Of a stretch of 64,000 nucleotides of DNA, positions 9,307-18,425 are shown one piece after another. Each line of letters opens with the position of its first letter. The stretch's first letter is position 1. The position numbers and the translations under genes were made by a program. The notes under the pieces were generated by a model. The model worked only from the letters and a program-made list of their open reading frames with translations. It searched no databases and was not told the DNA's origin. The DNA is taken from positions 11,151-75,150 of the forward strand of contig JACRIV010000027.1 in the NCBI GenBank assembly GCA_016220005.1, written 5' to 3'. This DNA comes from Deltaproteobacteria bacterium (GTDB lineage Bacteria; Desulfobacterota; Deferrimicrobia; Deferrimicrobiales; Deferrimicrobiaceae).

Positions 9307-9520
9307 CGTGAGACGGCTTCGCCTCAGGGGGCTCCGTGCTCGCGTCGTCGCCTGCGGCTCCCCGGCTGCGTCCAGCGAAAGTGTTTTACGGACCCGTCCC
9401 AGTCTTTCCAGATCACCATGCAGTCCGCGCACCCTTTTCTATCTCAGGACGACGGGGCCTTTCGCCGGTTCCGCCGCGGCTCCTCGCTTGCGCCGGACCC
9501 CCCTTGCGGCGTGCGCCTTC
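9307..9520. repeat. Intergenic repeat family A, copy 1: ~55-nt and ~60-nt conserved ends flanking a non-conserved ~95-nt core
   Basis: Left block ...gggggctccgtgctcgcgtcgtcgcctgcggctcccc (9325-9364) and right block ggttccgccgcggc..cgcttgcgccggacccccctt.cggc..gcgcct (9460-9520) recur at 30794-31011, about 21 kb away. The central ~100 nt are unrelated between the copies. Confidence 0.6.
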
Positions 9521-9623
9521 CCCAGGGTGCGGCAGCCCCACGTGTGCCCCGCGCTCTACGCGCGTTGTTGCGGGATCGGGTTATGATGAAAGGTATTCTA
9601 TGCGGGGAGGGCGTGCGCCGCAA

Positions 9624-10040
9624 ATGAGAAAAGTCCTGCTGCTTCCTTTCTGCCTGTCGAGGGAGGCCCAGGCGGAGATCGAGCGGATCGCCGCGGAGGC
9701 CGGCTACAGGGTGGTCGTGGCGCGATCGACCGCCAAGGCCCTGGCCGAGGTGCGAGAAGCCGCCGTCCCGGGCAGCGCCGAGCCGGTGCGGATCGTCGGG
9801 GTGGTCTGCGACGGGCGGGCCAAGAAGGTTTGGGCAGGGCTCGTCCTGTTGAAGATCAGACAGTGGGGGAAGAAGGCGCTCGGCCTCAAGGCGCGCAGGA
9901 TCGAGCTGGCCCGCGTGGGGATCCTCGGAGGGACCAAGGCGCTGTTCGGCAGGAGGCGCTGCCGCGTAGGGTTCAACGTCGCCGACGGGGAAGCACTGCG
10001 GCGCGCCTTGTCCGGCGGGGACACCTATATGCGTCTCTGA
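9624..10040 (+). CDS. Hypothetical protein (138 aa)
   Basis: ATG 9624 is preceded by GGGGAGGG 12 nt upstream. GC3 is very high (~90%), consistent with genuine coding in this genome. The TGA stop abuts the murJ stop on the opposite strand. No recognisable domain; alternative frames are also open, so confidence is modest. Confidence 0.4.
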   Translation: MRKVLLLPFCLSREAQAEIERIAAEAGYRVVVARSTAKALAEVREAAVPGSAEPVRIVGVVCDGRAKKVWAGLVLLKIRQWGKKALGLKARRIELARVGILGGTKALFGRRRCRVGFNVADGEALRRALSGGDTYMRL

Positions 10041-11663
10041 TCAAACGTCGCGGTCGCCCGGCGCGGGCGGCTCCGGGGGCGCCACGGCCCCGGGAACGCT
10101 CGGAGGGTGGAACACGTCCCGCCTTCTCTTTATCGCCCGGGCGGTCCTGCTGCGAAGCAGCAACGCGCAGAGGTAGTAGACGGCCGCCATGGCCGCCCCT
10201 CCCGCGGCGAAACGAATGACCGCACCCCCGAAAGTTTCCCAGGAGACCCACCTGCCGGAAACCCCCAGCCAATACCATCCCGCCATCGCCGCGACGGCGC
10301 CGGCGAAGGCCATCTTCCCGTATTCGGCGAGCTCCCGGATCCCCTTCCTTCCCACGGTCCTCCCCATGAGGATCCCGTAGAGCGCCGTGGCGTGGAGGAA
10401 GATCCCGATGCTGCTCGCCAGCGCCAGCCCGAAGACGCCCATCTTCTGGGTGAGCAGGTAGTAGGCGGGGAGGCTTGCGAGCCACGCGCCGGTCCCCACG
10501 AGCGTGGGGGTCCAGGTGTCCTTGAGGGCGAAGAAGCCTCTCGACACGATCGTCTGGGCGCACCACAACGGGATCCCGATGGAGAACGCCGAGAGGGCCG
10601 ACGCGGTCTTGAGGGTGTCGTCGATGGTGAAGGCGCCCCTCTTGAAGACGGCCAGGACGACTTCGCGGGAGAGGACGCCGACGACCGCCGCCGCCAGGCA
10701 GGAGACGAAAAAGACCCACCGCAGCGTCGCCGAAAGCGTGTCCCACATGGCGTCCTTCTCCCCGCGGGCGGCCAGCGCCGAGAGGAACGGATAGGAGGCC
10801 ACCCCCGACGCCTGCCCGAAGACGCCGATGGGCACCTGCATCAGACGGCGCGCGTTGTTGAGCCAGGTGATCGCCCCCGCCAGGAGGAACGACCCGAAGA
10901 TCCGGGTCATCCACTCGTCGACGACCACGAGGGAGAAGCCGAGCATGATCGGGATCGACAGCCGGACGAACTCCCGGAGGCCGGGATCGGCAAGGTCGAT
11001 CCGGGGGAAGAACTTCAGGCCCGCACGGTGCGCCCCATACGCCTGGACGGCGAAGTTCCCGGCGAACGAGCCGAGGAGCACTCCCCAGGCGAACCCGGCC
11101 ATCCCGTGGGAGCGGCCCAGGGCAAGACCCCCCGCGATGATCCCCGCGTTGTAGATCAGCGGCGCGGTGGCCGGGAGGAAAAACCGGTTCCGGGCGTACT
11201 GCACGGCCATCAGGAGCCCCCCGAGGTAGAAGAAGAGCTGCGCGGGGAGGACGATCCGCGTGAGCTTGGCGGCGATGGCGATCTGGTCCGGAGGGAACCC
11301 GGGGGCGATGACGGGAATCAGACGCTCGGCGAGGAACTCCCCGAGGATGACGAAGAACAGCATCGCTATTCCCATGATGGTTGCGATCGCGGAAAACGAG
11401 CGGCAGCCTTCCTCCTCCTTCCCTTCCGCGATATAACGGAAAAAGATGGGAATGAACGTGATCGAGAGGGCCCCCCCGGCCAGGAGGTAGTTGAGGAAAT
11501 CGGGGATCGTGAAGGCGGCGAAATAGGCGTCGGTTTCGGGGGTTGCGCCGTGCTGGTAGGCGATGACCGCGTCCCGCGCGTATCCGAGAATCCGGCTTAG
11601 GAATACCGACGCCATCATGAGGGCCGCCGCGCGGCCCATCTGTCTCGCGGGAGAATGGGGCAT
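10041..11663 (-). CDS. murJ: Murein biosynthesis integral membrane protein MurJ (lipid II flippase)
   Basis: 540-aa polytopic membrane protein beginning ...LMMASVFLSRILGYARDAVIAYQHGATPETDAYFAAFTIPDFL..., the MurJ/MviN N-terminal signature, with ~14 TM segments. An alternative start is M9 at 11639. Confidence 0.85.
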   Translation of the reverse strand: MPHSPARQMGRAAALMMASVFLSRILGYARDAVIAYQHGATPETDAYFAAFTIPDFLNYLLAGGALSITFIPIFFRYIAEGKEEEGCRSFSAIATIMGIAMLFFVILGEFLAERLIPVIAPGFPPDQIAIAAKLTRIVLPAQLFFYLGGLLMAVQYARNRFFLPATAPLIYNAGIIAGGLALGRSHGMAGFAWGVLLGSFAGNFAVQAYGAHRAGLKFFPRIDLADPGLREFVRLSIPIMLGFSLVVVDEWMTRIFGSFLLAGAITWLNNARRLMQVPIGVFGQASGVASYPFLSALAARGEKDAMWDTLSATLRWVFFVSCLAAAVVGVLSREVVLAVFKRGAFTIDDTLKTASALSAFSIGIPLWCAQTIVSRGFFALKDTWTPTLVGTGAWLASLPAYYLLTQKMGVFGLALASSIGIFLHATALYGILMGRTVGRKGIRELAEYGKMAFAGAVAAMAGWYWLGVSGRWVSWETFGGAVIRFAAGGAAMAAVYYLCALLLRSRTARAIKRRRDVFHPPSVPGAVAPPEPPAPGDRDV

Positions 11664-11789
11664 CTAACCGACTATAATCGAACGGATGGGGGGTGCTCCA
11701 CTGGAAAAATCGCCCCCTTGATGCGGGTCAAGGAGCTTCAGCCCGCAACGAAGGTAGGGTGACGACAATATGGCGATAAGGAGAATTCC

Positions 11790-12872
11790 ATGAGTTTTTT
11801 CGGAAGGAAGTCGGCGGCAGGAAAGGTTACGGCGGAAGACGTCCTCTCCGCCCTCGGGAAGGTGATGGACCCCGAGTTGGGGAAGGACCTCGTGAGCCTG
11901 AACATGATCCGCAACGTCGAAGTTTCGGGGGGGTCGGTCTCCCTCGACCTGGTATTGACGACGCCCGCCTGTCCCAAGAAATCGGAGATCGCGGCGGCGG
12001 TGGAAGGCGCTGTGAGGGCGATTCCCGGGGTCTCTGCGGTGGACGTCCGGGTCTCCGCGGACGTCCATGCCGCGAAGGACCCGATGGAGGGGAGGCGTCC
12101 GGTCCCGGGAGTGCGGAACATCCTTGCGGTCGCCTCGGGCAAGGGTGGGGTCGGCAAGTCCACCATGAGCGTGAACATCGCGGTGGCGCTGCAGCGGGCG
12201 GGGGCGCGTGTGGGGCTGCTGGACGCCGACATCTACGGCCCTTCGATCCCGACGCTCCTGTCGCTCAAGGGCTACCAACTCACGGGCGAGGACGGGAGGA
12301 TCCTTCCCGCCGAAAGCGAAGGGATGAAGGTGCTGTCCATCGGGTTCATGCTCGAGGACGACACCCCGGTCATCTGGCGCGGCCCGATGCTGATGAAGGC
12401 TCTGGAGCAGTTCCTCCACGGCACGAAGTGGGGAGAGCTGGACTATCTCGTCATCGACCTTCCCCCGGGGACGGGGGACGTGCAGCTTTCCCTCGTCCAG
12501 ATGACCCCGGTGGCGGGCGCGATCGTGATCACGACACCCCAAGACCTGGCGCTGATCGACGTCAAGAAGGCGGTGCGGATGTTCGAGAAGGTCGGCGTGC
12601 CCATCCTGGGGGTGATCGAGAACATGAGCTACTTCCTGTGCCCCCACTGCACGGGCAGGAGCGAGATCTTCGGCCACGGTGGGGCGGAGGACACGTGCCG
12701 GCGGATGGGGCTGCGGTTCCTGGGGGAGGTCCCCCTGCAGGTGGAGCTGCGGGAGGCCTCGGACGCAGGACATCCCCTCGTTTCCCGGAACCCGGACGCG
12801 CCCGCGGCCCAGGCCATCGTGAAGGCGGCCTCCGAGGCCGCTGCCGCTCTCGCGGTCCTCGAAGCGCTCTAG
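11790..12872 (+). CDS. apbC: Mrp/ApbC/NBP35 family iron-sulfur cluster carrier ATPase
   Basis: N-terminal DUF59-like domain, then a deviant Walker A (ILAVASGKGGVGKSTMSVNIAVAL) and the CPHC motif (FLCPHCTGRSEIFG). Confidence 0.85.
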   Translation: MSFFGRKSAAGKVTAEDVLSALGKVMDPELGKDLVSLNMIRNVEVSGGSVSLDLVLTTPACPKKSEIAAAVEGAVRAIPGVSAVDVRVSADVHAAKDPMEGRRPVPGVRNILAVASGKGGVGKSTMSVNIAVALQRAGARVGLLDADIYGPSIPTLLSLKGYQLTGEDGRILPAESEGMKVLSIGFMLEDDTPVIWRGPMLMKALEQFLHGTKWGELDYLVIDLPPGTGDVQLSLVQMTPVAGAIVITTPQDLALIDVKKAVRMFEKVGVPILGVIENMSYFLCPHCTGRSEIFGHGGAEDTCRRMGLRFLGEVPLQVELREASDAGHPLVSRNPDAPAAQAIVKAASEAAAALAVLEAL

Positions 12873-13471
12873 CCCTCCATTTCGCGGGAGGGGTAGGAGA
12901 AGTATTCGTGGGTCTGGATGTTGGCCCAGAACTCCTCGAGGTCCTTCGTGAGGACGAGGAGGTCGTGCCGGACCCCGATCTGGTCGCGCACGTGCCCGCG
13001 GAAGGTGGCCTCCTGCTTGAACCCCAGCTTCTCGAAGACCTTCTTTGCCCCCTGCTGGGTCTCCATCATCTCCGCCACGATCTTTTCCAGGCCGGACTTG
13101 AGGGCGTGAAGGAACAGCTCGTTGGCCAGGATGCTACCCAGCCCCTTCCGCTGGTAATCCGGAGCGATCACGATCCGGATGGTGCCGACGTGCTTCATCC
13201 ATCCGCCGAGGTTCTTGTGCAGCGTGGCGTCGGCCACCACCTCCTGCCCCTTCCATGCCAGCAGGGGGTAAACCCGCTCGTAATTCAGCTCGGTTGCCCA
13301 GCGCTCCACGATCGCGGGGTCGGTGACGTTGTCCTTGAGGAACAACCGGTCGGACTCGGGGAGCCGGGCGAAAAACGCGAAGAGGGCGTCCTTGTCCTTC
13401 TTCTCGAAGGGGCGCAGGACCACCGTGCTCCCGTCCTTGACCTTGACCTCTTTCGGGTATTCCTGAGCCAT
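12869..13471 (-). CDS. GNAT family N-acetyltransferase
   Basis: Real start is MAQEYPKEVKVKDG (ATG 13471), preceded by AAAGGAGGG. GNAT motif ...IRIVIAPDYQRKGLGSILANELFLHALKSGLEKI. The ORF-track N-terminal extension was rejected. Confidence 0.75.
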   Translation of the reverse strand: MAQEYPKEVKVKDGSTVVLRPFEKKDKDALFAFFARLPESDRLFLKDNVTDPAIVERWATELNYERVYPLLAWKGQEVVADATLHKNLGGWMKHVGTIRIVIAPDYQRKGLGSILANELFLHALKSGLEKIVAEMMETQQGAKKVFEKLGFKQEATFRGHVRDQIGVRHDLLVLTKDLEEFWANIQTHEYFSYPSREMEG

Positions 13472-13602
13472 CTCGCGGGCCCTCCTTTCGTGCTGTCGCC
13501 ACGGGCACCGATAAATTGGCGGCCTGCCACTATCATATTGCGAATCCCCCCGCTTTTCCTTATAAAAAGACGAATGCTTCAATACGAGGGGCGGGAGGAT
13601 CC

Positions 13603-14391
13603 ATGGGAGGGAGGGTCATCGTCACAAGGGAAGGGAAGGTGGCGACCGTCACCATCTCGAACCCCGCGAAGAAAAACGCGCTCAACCTGAAGCTCCTCGG
13701 CGAGATCGGCCGGGCCTTCGGCGAGTTGGCGGGCGAGGATGTCCGTTGCGTGGTCCTGCGGGGGGAAGGCGAGGAGGCGTTCTGCGCCGGGTACGACATC
13801 ACGGCGATCCCCGCGGGAGGGTCCGGAGAGGCGCAGGTCCTCCTGTCGTCGAACCCCTTCGACGACATGATCCGGGCGGTGGAGTCGTTCCCCGCACCGG
13901 TGATCGGGATGCTGAACGGCTTCGCGTTCGGGGGCGGGCTCGAGCTGGCCGTGGCCTGCGACATCCGGATCGCCTCCGACCAGGCGGTCTTCGGGATGAC
14001 CCCGGCGCGCCTGGGGATCATCTACCGGCCCGCGGGGCTCATGCGGTTCGTCAACGTGATCGGGCTTCCCGCCACGAAGGAGCTCTTCTACACGGCCCGG
14101 AAGGTCAGCGCCCGCCGGGCCGAAGGCCTCAAGCTGGTAAACCGGGTGTGCCCGCCCGAGGAGCTCGAGCAGGTGACCCGTGAAATGGCCCGGGAGATCG
14201 TGGACAACGCGCCGCTCTCCATCCGCGGCACCAAGCGGATTCTTTCCCTGAGCATGGAGTTCCGCGGCCTGCCGCCCGGGGAGGCGAAGGAGGCGGAAGA
14301 TCTCATCCGCCAGTGCATGGAGAGCAAAGACCTGATCGAGGGAAAAAAAGCGTTCCTGGAAAAACGGAGGCCCAAATTCCAGGGGAAGTAG
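13603..14391 (+). CDS. Enoyl-CoA hydratase/isomerase family protein
   Basis: Starts MGGRVIVTREGKVATVTISNPAKKNALN... (ATG 13603, preceded by GGGAGGA). Crotonase motif CAGYDI...NGFAFGGGLELAVACDIRIAS. Confidence 0.8.
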   Translation: MGGRVIVTREGKVATVTISNPAKKNALNLKLLGEIGRAFGELAGEDVRCVVLRGEGEEAFCAGYDITAIPAGGSGEAQVLLSSNPFDDMIRAVESFPAPVIGMLNGFAFGGGLELAVACDIRIASDQAVFGMTPARLGIIYRPAGLMRFVNVIGLPATKELFYTARKVSARRAEGLKLVNRVCPPEELEQVTREMAREIVDNAPLSIRGTKRILSLSMEFRGLPPGEAKEAEDLIRQCMESKDLIEGKKAFLEKRRPKFQGK

Positions 14392-14414
14392 GGGAAAACG
14401 GGCAGTAGAAGAAA

Positions 14415-14441
14415 AGCCCCGCCTCGATCCGAGGCGGGGCT
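14415..14441. terminator. Intrinsic-terminator-like hairpin between convergent genes
   Basis: agccccgcctc-gatcc-gaggcggggct: an 11-bp GC-rich stem with a 5-nt loop and A/T-rich flanks. It lies between the 3' ends of the enoyl-CoA hydratase gene (+) and the OmcB-like gene (-), so it could terminate both. Confidence 0.5.
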
Positions 14442-14476
14442 CTCGTGTCCGGTTTCCTCAGGACTGAGCCGAGGGG

Positions 14477-16420
14477 TCAGTATCGATCGCCTGCGTCCCC
14501 GTTTTGCGCTTGGAGAAGGTAGCTGATCGCGCTGGCTTTGTAAGTCGTTGCACCGTCGAGAGCGTTCAACGTCGCCGAGACGGAGTAGTTCAGCACGCCG
14601 TCGTCGAGCCAGTCGATGGAGTCGTAGATCAATCGCCGGGTGTAGCGACGGTTGTGGGCGACCCCGCCGGGATCGTGGAGGAGGAGGTTGTAATTGAAGG
14701 CGGCGCCCATGTTGGTTTTCCCGGTATTATCGCCAGCCGTGTCGGTATCCCCAGGAGAGAGCCAGTTCTTGACGGCGTTCGCGGAGGCATTGTTATCCGC
14801 GCTCTTGAAGAAGTACGGATAGGAGTTGATGAAGTAGAACCCCTTGCCGGCCAACTGGACCTTCAGCGCCTCCAGGGCCGCCTGGTAGCGGGCCTTGTGC
14901 GTCGTTCCCTGCAAGGTGGCCGCCGTGGCATCGTCCCCCAGCCAGAGGATCCCGGCGTTGGACCCTTGCCCGCGCGTCGGGTGACAGTTGATGCACACCG
15001 GGTTCAGGACCAGGTCGTTGTCCGCGTACCGTGTGAGCGGACTCAGGGTGTGGGACAGCGTGTTGTCCGAGTAACGCGTCAGGGGGCTCAAACGGTTCGG
15101 ATCCCTGCTGTCGAAGTGGCAACTGACGCACGGGCCGTTTTTGTAATTGGTGTCGACGACCGCATTCCCCGTCGTCCCCAGGCCGATCTTGTCGTGCAGG
15201 TCGGCGGAGGGGATCGAGTAGTCGCGCGATGCGTACTCATATCCGGTGACCGCGAAGACCGTACCCCCGGCCGTCAGGTAGTGGGAGTTGATGAACGAAA
15301 GGTTGTTGAAGGGCCCCGCGGAAGCCTTGACGCTGTCGCCGCTCTCCCGGCCTGTATGACAGGAGAGACAGATGTTGGATGCTTTCGAATCCGGGAATGT
15401 CGGCTCCGGCGAAACCCCGGTATAGGAGGCGGTGATCGCCCCCGGGTTCCGCAGCCCCCCGTAGTAGTTCGTGTGGCACCCGTAGCAGTAGAGCATTTCG
15501 GAGGAGTTGTCGGTCGTCACGTCCGACGTCCACGAAAAGACGTTGTTCGCGGAGTTGTATGTCGAAGGGCTGGTCAGATAGTTGATAACCCCCGTCGTTG
15601 TGTGGCACCGCTGGCAGCTTGCCCGGTTCGATTGCTTCCAGTCGTAATGCTTCCACCCCTCGCCGGCGAAGTCGCCGTGAGCGGAGGAGGCCCACTGGCG
15701 GTTGAGTGCGAGGCTCAACGTGTGGGGATTGTGGCAGTCGACGCAAGCGGTGACCGCCGCCTTCCGGATCACGTACCCCTGGATGTCGCTTCCCACGGCG
15801 CGGCTCGCGTTGTCGGAGTGGGTATCGACGATCCTTCGATAATCCTCCGAGTGGTTCGGGCTGCTCACCTCGTGGCACCCCGTGCAGGTGTTGTACTGCG
15901 AGGACTGGCCGGTCGTCGCAGCCACCGCGAAGATGCCGAGGGTCGGCCCTCCGATCGGCCCGACGCCGAAGTGGAGGCTCCCGCCGCCGTGGCACGCCTC
16001 GCACCCGACGACGTTCCGCTCGGTGTTGGCGAGCGGATCCGTGCTCGTGCTCAAGTAAAACGGCAGGTTTACGTTGTCGCCGTTCGGGTTGTGGCAGGGG
16101 ATGCAGCTTGCGGATGTGCTGGTCGTCCGGAATCCGTGGTAATTCGTCGTCCCTAAAGCGTTGTCCCAGGCATCGAACGAGTTGTCCAGGTTCGCGTGGC
16201 GGCTCGCCTCCCACGCGGCGAAGATCCCCACGCCCCCGACCGCCGTGGCGGCATGGCAGTTGTGGCACTTGTCGATGCCTACCGCGGTGGCGCCCGCCAG
16301 CACGGTACCGCCGCCGCTCACCTCCAGGGAGGTGCTCTTTTCGGACCCCCAGCACCCGGCCAGCAGCGCCGCCAGCGCGAGGGCGATCAGCAGGAACGTT
16401 CCCCTATGATGCCTTTTCAT
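14477..16420 (-). CDS. Outer-membrane lipoprotein multiheme cytochrome c (10 CxxCH), OmcB/OmcC-like cytochrome of a Pcc porin-cytochrome conduit
   Basis: Signal peptide with lipobox LLAGC. Ten CxxCH motifs (CHNCH, CIPCH, CEACH, CTGCH, CVDCH, CQRCH, CYGCH, CLSCH, CVSCH, CINCH); 647 aa, Thr/Ser/Asn-rich. RBS AAAGGAGG. It is the last gene of a porin / periplasmic cytochrome / lipoprotein cytochrome trio, as in Geobacter ombB-omaB-omcB. Confidence 0.8.
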   Translation of the reverse strand: MKRHHRGTFLLIALALAALLAGCWGSEKSTSLEVSGGGTVLAGATAVGIDKCHNCHAATAVGGVGIFAAWEASRHANLDNSFDAWDNALGTTNYHGFRTTSTSASCIPCHNPNGDNVNLPFYLSTSTDPLANTERNVVGCEACHGGGSLHFGVGPIGGPTLGIFAVAATTGQSSQYNTCTGCHEVSSPNHSEDYRRIVDTHSDNASRAVGSDIQGYVIRKAAVTACVDCHNPHTLSLALNRQWASSAHGDFAGEGWKHYDWKQSNRASCQRCHTTTGVINYLTSPSTYNSANNVFSWTSDVTTDNSSEMLYCYGCHTNYYGGLRNPGAITASYTGVSPEPTFPDSKASNICLSCHTGRESGDSVKASAGPFNNLSFINSHYLTAGGTVFAVTGYEYASRDYSIPSADLHDKIGLGTTGNAVVDTNYKNGPCVSCHFDSRDPNRLSPLTRYSDNTLSHTLSPLTRYADNDLVLNPVCINCHPTRGQGSNAGILWLGDDATAATLQGTTHKARYQAALEALKVQLAGKGFYFINSYPYFFKSADNNASANAVKNWLSPGDTDTAGDNTGKTNMGAAFNYNLLLHDPGGVAHNRRYTRRLIYDSIDWLDDGVLNYSVSATLNALDGATTYKASAISYLLQAQNGDAGDRY

Positions 16421-16439
16421 ATCGTGACGCCTCCTTTCC

Positions 16440-17201
16440 TTAATGGCATTTCACGCAGGTGCGTTGACCTGCCGCCCGGTTGAGCTTGTCCTTGATCGAC
16501 CCCCAGTTGTCGGGATGGGGGTTGACGCGCAGGCCCGTCTTGGCGCTGTGGCATTTCAGGCAGATATCTCCGTCGGCGTGGCAGGCCTGGCATGTGGGGA
16601 GATTGCGCCTCGCCTCCTGGGCATGGGAGCTCGACCACTGATGTGCGGGAAGCACCGAGTTCGGGTGGCAGGTCTGGCAGGAGTCGGGGGGGAAGGTGGA
16701 GTGCTTCGGCCCCCCGGGCGTGGCCGACAGGTCCGACCATCCCTTCCGGTGCGACTGAAACTGCAGGTCCTCCGGCCGGAACCGGTTGTGGCATTCCGAG
16801 CAGAAGGAGGCCTTGTGACAGCGCGTGCAGGAATTGGGGTTGTCGAACACGAAGAGGGGGTGGACCTCCTGGAAGGACGTCCGGTGGCTCTTGGGCTTGT
16901 AGTTCGGCCCCCGGTCGGTGGAGGTGTGGAGGTCCCGGTCGATCCCCCCGCCGTAATGGCAGTCCTGGCAGAACGACTGATCGTGGCAGGTGGCGCAATT
17001 AGCGTCGGCCTTGACCGCGAGGAGCCGATGATCGGCGTTCCATCCCGCCCGGTGGGTGGGGGGGACGTTGGAGTCCCGGTGGCACTCGGTGCACTCGGGG
17101 ATCTTCATGTCCTTGTAAGGGCGATGGTCCTCGGCCGCGTAGAGCAGCGACGCTCCGGCTCCAAGGGAAGCAACGAGGATGAGCAAGAGGGCTCTTTTCA
17201 C
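16440..17201 (-). CDS. Periplasmic multiheme cytochrome c (8–9 CxxCH), OmaB-like
   Basis: 253 aa with a signal peptide. CxxCH motifs: CTECH, CATCH, CQDCH, CTRCH, CSECH, CQTCH, CQACH, CLKCH, and CVKCH at the extreme C-terminus. GTG start preceded by TTTTAAGGAGGGG. It sits between the porin-like and lipoprotein-cytochrome genes. Confidence 0.8.
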   Translation of the reverse strand: MKRALLLILVASLGAGASLLYAAEDHRPYKDMKIPECTECHRDSNVPPTHRAGWNADHRLLAVKADANCATCHDQSFCQDCHYGGGIDRDLHTSTDRGPNYKPKSHRTSFQEVHPLFVFDNPNSCTRCHKASFCSECHNRFRPEDLQFQSHRKGWSDLSATPGGPKHSTFPPDSCQTCHPNSVLPAHQWSSSHAQEARRNLPTCQACHADGDICLKCHSAKTGLRVNPHPDNWGSIKDKLNRAAGQRTCVKCH

Positions 17202-17213
17202 GTCGTCCCCTCC

Positions 17214-18425
17214 TTAAAAGTCGACGTTCAGGGCCAGACGCGCCCTGATGTCTTTGCTGAATCGCTGGCTGACGGTGTCCTCCACCCTGGCCTGGACGGA
17301 GAGGTTCTTGCGCACCTTCGCTTCGCCGCCGATCCAGAACCTGGTGGCCGAATCGTAGCTGTTCGAAAGCTCGCGCCGGAAACTGTCGTGCTGCACCCCG
17401 GCCGCGAGGATGTACTTCTGCAGGACCACCTTGTCCCCGGAGAGCTCGAACCCGGCGAGGTTGCCCCCCGTGCCGACCCGCCAGATGCCCGCGCCGTAGA
17501 GGGACATGCCGTCCGCGGGGCGGTACCGCACGCCGAGCTCCCCGACGTTGGCGGTGTCCCCCCCGCCGAAGCTCTCGTTCCGGTATTCCCCGTTCAGGCT
17601 TATCCGCTTGCCGAGATCGTACTGCGCCCGGAGCAGGATCTCCTGGAACCTTTCCACGGCGAACACCGCGAAGATGGAGGAGGCGTCGAAGACCGGGACG
17701 GTCCGGAAGAACTCCGCGTTGAACGTCCATTTGGGGAGGATGGCGGTCCGGGCGCCGAACTGGATCTCGCTCCAGACCTCGGAGAGGAGGTCGAACCGGA
17801 GCTGGGTGTACAGCTCGCCGTACTTGTCGAACCGCTTGCTGGCGGCGAGTCCCAGCCCCTCCCGCGCGAGGTCGTTCTCGTCGTACGAGACGAAGTACGA
17901 CAGGTCCAGAGAGCCCTGGGGGATATTGGTCAGGCTCGCCTGAACCGCCGCGGCGATGTCCCCGCTCCTTGTCTCCTCTCCCGTGACGTCGAACTTCACG
18001 TGGCGGCCGCCCACCGCCGTGATGGCGAGAGGGCCGAACGGCCGTGAATCGACGCGGGCGCCGTCGACGATCGCCGACCCGGCGCTGACGAAGAAGAACT
18101 GCCGCCCCACCCGGACGTCGGTCTGCCCCGGCAATCCCTTCTTGTCCAGGTAGAGGTAGTACAGTCTCCCTTCCACCCCGCCCCCCTGCTGCACGTCCCC
18201 CCAGGCGCGGCCGTATCCGCTGACCTGGACGGTGTTCGCCGCGTCGAAGTTCCGGGCGTGGAACCGGGCGTACTGGGCGAGGTCGAAGTGGTCGGCCCCG
18301 AACTCATCCGAGAACCAGAGCGCCTGCGTGGAGGCTCTTCCGCTCAGCGCGGCCGCCCGAGCGGTGGGGACCCCGACGCCGAGGATGAGCAGTGCGACGA
18401 GCAAAAAGCGGGTGCACCTTTTCAT
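17214..18425 (-). CDS. Outer-membrane beta-barrel porin-like protein of a porin-cytochrome complex (OmbB-like)
   Basis: Starts MKRCTRFLLVALLILGVGVPTARAAA (signal peptide; ATG 18425 preceded by AGGGGG). ~400 aa with alternating hydrophobic beta-strand-like segments and a C-terminal ...ALNVDF (terminal Phe typical of OMPs). First gene of the trio. Confidence 0.65.
   Translation of the reverse strand: MKRCTRFLLVALLILGVGVPTARAAALSGRASTQALWFSDEFGADHFDLAQYARFHARNFDAANTVQVSGYGRAWGDVQQGGGVEGRLYYLYLDKKGLPGQTDVRVGRQFFFVSAGSAIVDGARVDSRPFGPLAITAVGGRHVKFDVTGEETRSGDIAAAVQASLTNIPQGSLDLSYFVSYDENDLAREGLGLAASKRFDKYGELYTQLRFDLLSEVWSEIQFGARTAILPKWTFNAEFFRTVPVFDASSIFAVFAVERFQEILLRAQYDLGKRISLNGEYRNESFGGGDTANVGELGVRYRPADGMSLYGAGIWRVGTGGNLAGFELSGDKVVLQKYILAAGVQHDSFRRELSNSYDSATRFWIGGEAKVRKNLSVQARVEDTVSQRFSKDIRARLALNVDF

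Noticed and set aside
9325-9364. Possibility that repeat-A end blocks are simple hairpins or terminators
   Set aside because: The 5' and 3' halves of each block are not self-complementary. Only the outermost ~18 nt of the left and right blocks are complementary to each other, giving terminal inverted repeats or a long-range helix.
10107-11600. 497-aa plus-strand ORF
   Set aside because: Antisense to murJ; extremely Arg/Glu/Gly/Pro-rich, not protein-like.
14504-16355. 550-aa (+) and 372-aa (-) ORFs inside the OmcB-like gene
   Set aside because: Alternative frames of the heme-motif-rich cytochrome gene; they have no CxxCH pattern and are low-complexity.
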